NCBI GenBank assembly: GCA_038045365.1
Contig: JBBSYH010000005.1
Span: 12,713-64,733 of the forward strand
Reading direction: 5' to 3'
DNA length: 52,021 nucleotides
DNA from: Nanobdellota archaeon
GTDB taxonomy: Archaea; Nanobdellota; Nanobdellia; Pacearchaeales; GW2011-AR1
Part shown: piece after piece, positions 1 to 6,256 of the stretch
Numbering within the stretch: the stretch's first letter is position 1
Layout: the number at the start of each line of letters is the position of its first letter
Translations under genes and position numbers: made by a program
Notes under the pieces: generated by a model
Database searches by the model: none
What the model was told of the DNA's origin: nothing
Seen by the model: only the letters and a program-made list of their open reading frames with translations

Positions 1-96
1 GTACTACGACCACTGGAGGAACAACTACTGATGGAACGACAACAGGTGGTACTACGACCACTGGAGGAACAACTACTGATGGAACGACAACAGGTG
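1..96. repeat. 48-bp perfect tandem repeat, 2 copies, with a degenerate third copy starting at 97
   Basis: Bases 1-48 and 49-96 are identical (gtactacgaccactggaggaacaactactgatggaacgacaacaggtg). Each copy encodes a 16-aa T/G-rich unit. Confidence 0.9.
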
Positions 97-173
97 GTAC
101 TACTGGTACTGGAAGCGTTATTAGTGGAAATGTTATTAATGATAATGAATTTCTAAGATATTACTTTAGATGA
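1..173 (+). CDS. 3' end of a Thr/Gly-rich repeat protein (partial; N-terminus lies outside the window)
   Basis: Frame 3 is open from the window edge to TGA 171-173. It translates as TTTTGGTTTDGTTTGG x2, then GTGSVISGNVINDNEFLRYYFR*. The stop overlaps the next ATG (ATGA at 170-173). Confidence 0.5.
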   Translation, partial: TTTTGGTTTDGTTTGGTTTTGGTTTDGTTTGGTTGTGSVISGNVINDNEFLRYYFR

Positions 174-910
174 ATATTGGAGAAATGAAAAAGAGAGTGA
201 TTGGTAAATATTTAAGTGGTCTTGCTACATTTGCGTTATCTGCTTCCCTTTTTGCACAAGAGAAAACTGTCGTGATTAATGAATTTGTTGTTGATCCGAA
301 AAAAGATAGGACTGGTGATGGCTTTATCACTGCTTCTGACGAATTCATTGAACTATATAATTTATATGATGAACCAATTGATTTGTATAATTGGCGTTTG
401 GAATTGATTGATACGACGCCAGAATCAAAAGCGTTGAGCGGGACAATTCAACCACAGAGCTATTTTGTTTTAATTAATCCTATTGGCTCTCAAAATAACA
501 GTGGAGAAATAAGATTATTGGATGATATGGGAAAAGTTGTAGATTCTGTTATTTATGGAACATGGCAAGAAGCAGTAGTTATGGGTGGGAATTCTTCAGG
601 ACTATTTGACGAGTCTCTGTCACGATATCCTGATGGGGGGACTAATTGGGTTAAGACATATGCCACTATGGAGAATGCGAATCAGCCTCTATCTGGACTT
701 GCACTTTTGATTAAAAAAATGGAAGGAAATATGGATGGAGTGCATGTTTCTTCTTCAAGCGTGTTAGATAAAAAGCTTATTGTTCAGAAGTCTTTAGATA
801 TGAAGTCCTGGAGTCAAATATATACAAATGAGGCGAACATGACTTTGAATTATGTTGATACGAACGCCTTAAATTCTGCAACGATGTTTTATCGTGCTTT
901 TTGGAAGTGA
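170..910 (+). CDS. Secreted or membrane-anchored lamin tail domain (LTD) protein
   Basis: N-terminal hydrophobic signal (LSGLATFALSASLFA). LTD-like signature VVINEFVVDP...DEFIELYNLYDEPIDLYNWRL...YFVLI...GEIRLLDDMGKVVDSVIYG. Start is coupled to the upstream ORF by ATGA. Confidence 0.6.
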   Translation: MNIGEMKKRVIGKYLSGLATFALSASLFAQEKTVVINEFVVDPKKDRTGDGFITASDEFIELYNLYDEPIDLYNWRLELIDTTPESKALSGTIQPQSYFVLINPIGSQNNSGEIRLLDDMGKVVDSVIYGTWQEAVVMGGNSSGLFDESLSRYPDGGTNWVKTYATMENANQPLSGLALLIKKMEGNMDGVHVSSSSVLDKKLIVQKSLDMKSWSQIYTNEANMTLNYVDTNALNSATMFYRAFWK

Positions 911-918
911 TTCCTCTC

Positions 919-1170
919 TTATGTTTTGTAAATCGTGCTTCGATGCCCTAACTCGATGACATAGATGATAAGTTGAAGATCGCGGACATCTAGAATAACG
1001 CGATAGTCATCGACTCTTAATCGATAGTATTTGCTGTTGTACATGTGCTTGACAAATGTGTGAGGACGAACTTTAATTCTATCAAGAGCTGCGCCGATTC
1101 GTTCTCTGGCTTTGGGAGGTAAAGTGGCTAATTGTTTCTTTGCTTCGTTTGTAAAAATGATCTCATACAT
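919..1170 (-). CDS. relE: RelE/ParE-family type II toxin
   Basis: 83 aa. FTNEAKKQLATLPPKARERIGAALDRI...YYRLRVDDYRVILDV...IIYVIELGHRSTIY is the typical RelE/StbE pattern. Overlaps the upstream small gene by 8 nt. Confidence 0.7.
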   Translation of the reverse strand: MYEIIFTNEAKKQLATLPPKARERIGAALDRIKVRPHTFVKHMYNSKYYRLRVDDYRVILDVRDLQLIIYVIELGHRSTIYKT

Positions 1171-1390
1171 TTATATTCAACTCTTTTTTGACATCTTTCC
1201 ACTTGTGGACTTTACCTTTCTTTATGTCTTCTTCTGCGCGCGCAATGCTTTTCTTTGTCTCTTCGCTTAATTCCATTCTATCCTCGATTAAATCCCATAT
1301 TAAATTTTCATAACTTTCTTTTTCGTGGAGCTTCATGCGTTTGAGTCTGTTGAGTAAATCTGTGCTTATTTGAATAGTTGTTTCCGCCAT
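1163..1390 (-). CDS. Putative antitoxin partner of the RelE-like toxin
   Basis: 75-aa acidic helical protein immediately upstream of the toxin, with an 8-nt overlap. TATA-like box at about 1414-1420, at leaderless distance from the ATG. Confidence 0.5.
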   Translation of the reverse strand: MAETTIQISTDLLNRLKRMKLHEKESYENLIWDLIEDRMELSEETKKSIARAEEDIKKGKVHKWKDVKKELNINV

Positions 1391-1428
1391 AGTTATTATA
1401 TAAGTTGCTATAGTTTATAAGCTTTTCT

Positions 1429-1443
1429 CTGTGCTGAAAGATT
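1429..1443 (-). promoter_or_regulatory. Shared upstream motif, copy 1 (minus strand AATCTTTCAGCACAG)
   Basis: The identical 15-mer ctgtgctgaaagatt also occurs at 2049-2063, and a 12-mer core at 3041-3052. Lies just upstream of the TATA-like box of the RelE operon. Confidence 0.5.
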
Positions 1444-1476
1444 TTAAAAGAGTCTTTATGGTCTAGTGAATAGAGA

Positions 1477-1803
1477 TCATCGCAGTTTCCTAACAAATTC
1501 CTCTCTAATTGAACGTTTTTTCTCCTCGGAAAGAGTGAACAGATACTTTTTAATCATTGCTTCGGTAATAGTCATGATATAATTAAGCTTGATGATGCTA
1601 TTTTTAATAGCGCCTTCTTCTTTTGTAAGTGGAATACCTTGCATGTGAGGGTTGCTTGTTATGCCTGCTAAAACAATGTTTTCATATTCTTCAAAGAGCA
1701 CGAGTGCAGGACGCGTTTTAATCTCGGAACTGCCGGTAAATTGAACAAACGCCACAATGACATCACCAAACTTATACTTTCTCCCAGACCTCGTCGTATT
1801 CAT
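1477..1803 (-). CDS. mazF: MazF/PemK-family type II toxin (endoribonuclease-like)
   Basis: 108 aa. KFGDVIVAFVQF...TRPALVLFE...AGITSN is the PemK/MazF-like N-terminal pattern. Paired with an upstream small ORF. Confidence 0.6.
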   Translation of the reverse strand: MNTTRSGRKYKFGDVIVAFVQFTGSSEIKTRPALVLFEEYENIVLAGITSNPHMQGIPLTKEEGAIKNSIIKLNYIMTITEAMIKKYLFTLSEEKKRSIREEFVRKLR

Positions 1804-2005
1804 TATCCCAGAGTTCTTTCATCTTCTTTTTTTGGATTTCAAAAAGAAAACGATCGTACTGAACCTCTTTTTGTTTTTTAAGTTTGAGATAAAGATGAAG
1901 AATCTTCTCAAGCAATTCATTGTATGTCTGACGCGGATGTTCCTTTGCTTCTTTAAGCTTTTCAATGACTTGTTTGTTTAATAGAATTGTTGAATCTTGG
2001 CTCAT
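1772..2005 (-). CDS. Putative antitoxin partner of the MazF-like toxin
   Basis: 77-aa helical charged protein directly upstream; overlaps the toxin ORF by 32 nt. TATA-like TTATATAT at about 2028-2035 on the minus strand. Confidence 0.45.
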   Translation of the reverse strand: MSQDSTILLNKQVIEKLKEAKEHPRQTYNELLEKILHLYLKLKKQKEVQYDRFLFEIQKKKMKELWDNEYDEVWEKV

Positions 2006-2048
2006 ATATAATAGATGTATAACTCATATATAAGTCTTTGGTTTTTCC

Positions 2049-2063
2049 CTGTGCTGAAAGATT
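2049..2063 (-). promoter_or_regulatory. Shared upstream motif, copy 2 (minus strand AATCTTTCAGCACAG)
   Basis: Identical 15-mer to 1429-1443, about 14 nt upstream of the TATA-like box of the MazF operon. Confidence 0.5.
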
Positions 2064-2441
2064 CTAGCGATAGGAAGAAGATTGTGCTGAATGTAATTTA
2101 AGCTTTCTACAAAGGTCTTCAAGAGACGCCCTATTCTTATTCTCCGCGTGAATGATAAGAGTTTTTGAAGGAACTGATAACTTACCTTCCTTTCCAAGTC
2201 GCCAGCCGTCTGATAGAACAACATAGCATCCATTGATAAGAAGTTCAAACTCACTACAATGAATGCCTTGTTCTAATCTATATCCTCCTAAAATATCCAT
2301 GGCTCTCAACATTGTTTTTCTTGAAACTATGATTTCGCATTCCTCTTTTGATTGTCTAACTAGTGATTCTTGCATCTTGGGATCGTAGTTCTTCAAAGTC
2401 TCTTCATCCCTATAAATTTTATGCGTTAGATAGCGTATCAT
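2064..2441 (-). CDS. Hypothetical protein (125 aa from the first ATG; the ORF track extends it to a TTG at 2483)
   Basis: Open frame only; no motif recognised. Its 3' end abuts motif copy 2. Confidence 0.3.
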   Translation of the reverse strand: MIRYLTHKIYRDEETLKNYDPKMQESLVRQSKEECEIIVSRKTMLRAMDILGGYRLEQGIHCSEFELLINGCYVVLSDGWRLGKEGKLSVPSKTLIIHAENKNRASLEDLCRKLKLHSAQSSSYR

Positions 2442-2597
2442 GGATAATGCGCATTTATAGAGGTAGATAAACCTTTCCCTCAAAATAATCGTTGTTTATA
2501 GGACAATACAATCAATTTAATTTCAGATTATAAAAATGCGAACCTTTGAGACGAAAAAGAGCTCTAAAGATTCGCTTAAGGTAGATTAAGAGAACTC

Positions 2598-2852
2598 TTA
2601 TTTTAGCTGAAAATCTCGCAAATCTTTAGCCAATAATTCTAATTCGCCACCTTGTATTTCGCCATCTCGATTAGTATCGTACCTCTGTATCGTGGAATCT
2701 AAAGACTGGTGTGCTGTTTCATTCATTTTGGGTCTAAAATAAACATCTAATGCAATTAATCCAGCTATAAATGTGAGTGCGCAATAAGTTATATTTTTCT
2801 CACTTTGAGTCATTGATCCCCATGAAGTTGGGCCTATATCATATAAGGTCAT
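2598..2852 (-). CDS. Small membrane-anchored EF-hand protein
   Basis: 84 aa. One TM segment (ITYCALTFIAGLIALDVYF). Canonical 12-residue EF-hand loop DTNRDGEIQGGE (D1 N3 D5 G6 I8 E12). TATA-like TTTAAATA about 20-26 nt upstream of the ATG. Confidence 0.6.
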   Translation of the reverse strand: MTLYDIGPTSWGSMTQSEKNITYCALTFIAGLIALDVYFRPKMNETAHQSLDSTIQRYDTNRDGEIQGGELELLAKDLRDFQLK

Positions 2853-2892
2853 TGATACTTGGGCTCTTCTTTGTATTTAAAACTTTCTGTGG

Positions 2893-2998
2893 AGGCAGAA
2901 GAATCCTGCCTGACGCCCTGTGAGGAGATAATGATAAGCGCTGAAGGCGGGTGCGTTCGGCGCTTCGCGCCTCACTGATATTGAGGCTATTGTTTTTG
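2893..2998. ncRNA. Candidate structured RNA or regulatory leader (GC-rich island; strand unresolved)
   Basis: Visibly GC-enriched against AT-rich flanks. Helices are AGGCAG/CTGCCT (2893-2911) and GTGAGG/CCTCAC (2920-2975). AAGCGC/GCGCTT competes with GGCGC-TTC-GCGCC. CCTCA/TGAGG (2970-2986) is followed by T5 (2993-2997). No ORF. Confidence 0.3.
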
Positions 2999-3040
2999 AG
3001 AAGAGGGAAGGGTTTTGAATTAAAGCGAACTACTTAAGTA

Positions 3041-3052
3041 TGCTGAAAGATT
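3041..3052 (-). promoter_or_regulatory. Shared upstream motif, copy 3 (12-nt core; minus strand AATCTTTCAGCA)
   Basis: tgctgaaagatt matches the core of the motif at 1429 and 2049. Followed on the minus strand by a TATA-like TTTAATT (about 3016-3022) pointing into the GC-rich element. Confidence 0.35.
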
Positions 3053-3159
3053 TTGGAGATGCTTAAAGGTTTGAGCTCTTGGAAATATCAAACTTTTGAT
3101 AGGAGATTTCTATAAAAATTAAAATTATAAAAAATAAAAAAATAAATTTTGGGGTTGGT

Positions 3160-3327
3160 TTAGCGGCGACGTGCGCCGTAATTGCGCATTAGTTTAGTAA
3201 CTCCTATAACTAAGAAAGACAACGCAATAAGCCAAGCAGACATATCTTCTCCTATGTCAACGCTTATAAGAGGTAATGTATAAAGAACACCGATAAGAGT
3301 CACTAACCAAGCTGTTATTTTTGCCAT
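3160..3327 (-). CDS. Small two-TM membrane protein (55 aa; below the ORF-track cutoff)
   Basis: Translated by hand: MAKITAWLVTLIGVLYTLPLISVDIGEDMSAWLIALSFLVIGVTKLMRNYGARRR*. Strong Shine-Dalgarno AAGGAGGT 7-8 nt upstream. Oligo-T runs follow downstream on the minus strand. Confidence 0.5.
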   Translation of the reverse strand: MAKITAWLVTLIGVLYTLPLISVDIGEDMSAWLIALSFLVIGVTKLMRNYGARRR

Positions 3328-3379
3328 ATAATACCTCCTTTCAATATCTTCATTAATTATTATATAAGGAAATACTGGT

Positions 3380-3913
3380 TTATATATTTACTGATTTGTT
3401 TTTCTTATTGAACGTGATGTGTGGAGGGCAACGAGCTGTTGTAATTATGCGTTGATATCTTGCTTGTTGGTAATATAAATCGTCTTGGGCATCCAGTCGT
3501 GCTTTTTTATCTTTGTAATATTGTTTAATGTCCTGGTCTTTTAGTATTGTAGTATCTCTTTGGTCTTTTTGCCAGAGAGCTTCTGCTATTTTTCTTGCAT
3601 CTTTGCGATATTGTGCGAATAAAGTCTTGGAAATATCGACTTTGGGGTGTTTAATTTTGGCTGAACTAAATGGATAATAGTTATCTGAAGGGGGAGAAAG
3701 GGTTTTAGGTGGGTTAGAAAAGCGAGAAGATGTAGGGGGAATGGAAAAACCATAGTTTTTGGCTTCTTGAGTTTCCCAACAGAACTCGGTTTGGGTTTCT
3801 TTGACAGGAACACCGCGCATATAATTCTTTTGTTCTGGGGGAAGACTGCGCCAGTTAGCCATACGTTCATGATATTCTGCTTCTATCTCTTCTAGAGAGC
3901 GTCTTTTTTGCAT
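3380..3913 (-). CDS. Hypothetical protein (177 aa)
   Basis: Long open frame in plausible operon order with 3160-3327. No motif recognised. Confidence 0.35.
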   Translation of the reverse strand: MQKRRSLEEIEAEYHERMANWRSLPPEQKNYMRGVPVKETQTEFCWETQEAKNYGFSIPPTSSRFSNPPKTLSPPSDNYYPFSSAKIKHPKVDISKTLFAQYRKDARKIAEALWQKDQRDTTILKDQDIKQYYKDKKARLDAQDDLYYQQARYQRIITTARCPPHITFNKKNKSVNI

Positions 3914-4147
3914 GTTTTAGAGAAGAAAGTAGATTATAAAAAGATTATGAATATTAAATTAAACCCTTAAAGGAGGAGGTTTAATCTTGTGAAAACAATG
4001 TGATCAAACGTCCTCCTTTGGGGAAAAAGAGGTGATATGAATATAATAGATATGTGTAGTATTTAAAGGTTTTGCTTATTAGTTGTATATTAAAATTGTA
4101 TAAAGGCTGTTTTTTAAATTGTCGACGATAGTGGGTGTTTTTGGGTG

Positions 4148-4165
4148 TTTAAACAGCTGTTTAAA
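4148..4165. promoter_or_regulatory. Perfect 18-bp palindrome TTTAAACAGCTGTTTAAA (candidate operator)
   Basis: Perfect dyad about 135 nt upstream of the wHTH gene at 4301. Its 12-nt core AAACAGCTGTTT recurs at 4427-4438. Related AAACAGGTGTT occurs at 4538, 4575 and 4608. Confidence 0.35.
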
Positions 4166-4300
4166 TTTGGTTTTTTGGTGTTTTTGTCTTAAATTATTAC
4201 TTTTTTATTATTGTTTGTGAGTAATTTAACATATATGTCAAATTGATTATTAGGCCTTAAAAACACAAGATTTATAAATGTGGGGGGTTGATATATCTTT

Positions 4301-4945
4301 ATGTTTGGATGGTTATTTGGGAAAAAAGATAAAACATTAGAGAAAAAAACTGAAAAGGGATTTGATAATGTTAAAAGAGATATTGAAGTAGTTGGGAAGT
4401 GGATTAAACACCTGGATTCTAAGGATAAACAGCTGTTTGATTTGATTAATGAGTTAAAAGTGGAGATGTCGTCGATAAAAGATGAAGTTGAAAGCTTAAG
4501 AGAAGGGATAGATTTGATTTCTACAGGGGGAGGAGACAAACAGGTGTTTGAAAAATTACCTGTTCAGAACAAACAAACAGGTGTTTTAGGTGTTGAAAAA
4601 GGTGTTCAAACAGGTGTTCAAACAGGTAATTTTTATGAAATTCTTAAAGGATTAACAGGTAATGAAAGATTATTAATATTTACCTTAATGAACAGTGAAA
4701 TGAAGCTGAGTTATGAAGATTTAGCCCTACTTTTAGGAAAAGAGAGATCTACTATTAGGGGGCAGATAAATTCAATAAAACAGAAAAGAGATGGTTTAAT
4801 AGAGGAATTAAGTGAGAAAAATGGGAAAAAGAGGGTGTTTGTATCTGGAGAAATAAAGGAAAAACTTGCAAAATACGCAAAAGTGAGAGTTGGTAATAAA
4901 AAAGATGTTCGTGTTAATAATAAAAATAAGGAGGTTGATGCATAG
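4301..4945 (+). CDS. Coiled-coil / low-complexity linker / C-terminal winged-HTH protein
   Basis: 214 aa. N-terminal heptad-like region, GV(Q/E/L)(T/K) linker encoded by 12-nt repeats (ggtgttcaaaca x2 at 4601-4624), and a C-terminal HTH-like LTGNERLLIFTLMN...SYEDLALLLGKERSTIRGQINSIK. Confidence 0.45.
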   Translation: MFGWLFGKKDKTLEKKTEKGFDNVKRDIEVVGKWIKHLDSKDKQLFDLINELKVEMSSIKDEVESLREGIDLISTGGGDKQVFEKLPVQNKQTGVLGVEKGVQTGVQTGNFYEILKGLTGNERLLIFTLMNSEMKLSYEDLALLLGKERSTIRGQINSIKQKRDGLIEELSEKNGKKRVFVSGEIKEKLAKYAKVRVGNKKDVRVNNKNKEVDA

Positions 4946-5119
4946 ATTTGGTATTAATTAGATTTGTGTGAATTATTAAATTTAGAAAATGAGAAAAAGT
5001 GAGAGAAAATTGGAATAAATTATCAATTTTTCTGAGGAATTAGGAGGAAAAGAGTAAAATGGATATGTATATACTACATTTTCGTTTAAACGACTAAATT
5101 AGTTTATTAAATAGGTTGT

Positions 5120-5803
5120 TTATAGCTCGCGAAGTTTTTGAATAGTTGATAATGAAGCAATTTTCTTTAATTCAGGAGATATTGAAATGAAAATTTTCTT
5201 GTTGTTTTCCTTGATTTTTAGAAGAGGAATTCCCTTTTTTATAAGGCGTTGTATGTAATCCCGAATTGAACTTTCTGTTAATGATAGCCTTTCAGATAAT
5301 AAAGAATAATCTATAAGGTATCCTTGATTTTCTAGAGTATAAAGAAGCGAAAAAACCTGCATTTCTTGTTTTGTTAAGTGTTTAAATTTAATACGAACTT
5401 CTTCTTTGATAGCATCGATAGATTCTAGTATTACTGGGAGTTCTTTTAGGGGGTTGACCCCCTTATTTCCTATGTGTTGGTCTGTCTGACTGTCTGTCTG
5501 ACTGTCTGCTGGAACCCCCTTATTTCCTGTGGAAATATCAAAAATTGGGGTTTTTAAGGGTTTATAGGGCAATTTTTGTGTTTGTTGTGCTTGAAAAGAA
5601 GAATATGTGTTGAAACTTTGCTGTTGGTTTGTTGGGTTTGTGTGTTGGTTTGTTGGTCTGTTGGTTTGTTGGTTTGATGGAGGAGGCGTAAGATAATTTT
5701 TTAAGAGTTCAAGTTCTTGATTTATTGAATAAAGCTGTTCTTTTAGTTCTGTTATATCTTGTTTTACTTTAAAAAATGATTCTTTAATTTTCACTTCTTC
5801 CAT
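5120..5803 (-). CDS. Coiled-coil / low-complexity linker / C-terminal winged-HTH protein (same architecture as 4301-4945)
   Basis: 227 aa. N-terminal coiled coil, PTNQ and DSQT repeat linker, and C-terminal LTKQEMQVFSLLYT...SLLSERLSLTESSIRDYIQRLIKKG. Confidence 0.45.
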   Translation of the reverse strand: MEEVKIKESFFKVKQDITELKEQLYSINQELELLKNYLTPPPSNQQTNRPTNQHTNPTNQQQSFNTYSSFQAQQTQKLPYKPLKTPIFDISTGNKGVPADSQTDSQTDQHIGNKGVNPLKELPVILESIDAIKEEVRIKFKHLTKQEMQVFSLLYTLENQGYLIDYSLLSERLSLTESSIRDYIQRLIKKGIPLLKIKENNKKIFISISPELKKIASLSTIQKLREL

Positions 5804-6130
5804 TTAGAGATCTATATCTTGGGAATTATAAAGATTATTGTAGTTGGGATTGGATTGTGGGTTTTGCTTTTTTTGATAAATTTGGTAGATTGTGTCTGAA
5901 AGTCTCCATCTGCGACGTTTTAAATAATCTTTTCCTTTAGGATTTTTGTTTATTTCTAAGATTAGATTTTTCTTTTTTAACTCTTCGAGAAGAGAACGAA
6001 TAAATTCTTCGTCTCTTGCAATTTCCTTGCTTATTTGTGATGTGAATTTTGCTTCTGGTGTAGTTGAGAATAAATAATGAAGGATTTGCTCTGATACTTT
6101 GTCTTTTTTGGATTGTGAGATAGTTGGCAT
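5804..6130 (-). CDS. Small winged-HTH DNA-binding protein
   Basis: 108 aa. EQILHYLFSTTPEAKFTSQISKEIARDEEFIRSLLEELKKKNLI is MarR/ArsR-like by eye. Its stop directly abuts the start of 5803 (no gap). Confidence 0.45.
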   Translation of the reverse strand: MPTISQSKKDKVSEQILHYLFSTTPEAKFTSQISKEIARDEEFIRSLLEELKKKNLILEINKNPKGKDYLKRRRWRLSDTIYQIYQKKQNPQSNPNYNNLYNSQDIDL

Positions 6131-6256
6131 GAAGAAGAAAGAGAAGAATAATATATAAAGATGAGGGTGGTGGGAATGATTATTCCTGCGACTGAAGAGT
6201 GAATGTAAAGAATTAAATAACTAGTTCTTTGTAGAGATTGTTCGGGAGAAAATAAT

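Noticed and set aside
1308-2254. ORFs 1308-1496 and 2024-2254 share the peptide IFQHREK, suggesting paralogous small proteins
   Set aside because: The shared peptide is just the translation of the conserved non-coding 15-mer ctgtgctgaaagatt in the two TA promoters. The rest of the ORFs are unrelated and overlap real genes or promoters.
2893-2998. GC-rich element as a tRNA, 5S rRNA or C/D-box sRNA
   Set aside because: No cloverleaf can be drawn. There is no 5S-like helix I closing the ends and no conserved loop motifs. ATGATAA and CTGA boxes exist, but their spacing (3 nt) is incompatible with C/D-box guide architecture.
3969-4019. Inverted repeat AAAGGAGGA...TCCTCCTTT (9-bp stem, 33-nt loop) as an sRNA or terminator
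   Set aside because: It is a single occurrence with no T-run and no conservation information. The arms are simply an SD-like and an anti-SD-like string. It is noted only within the island finding.
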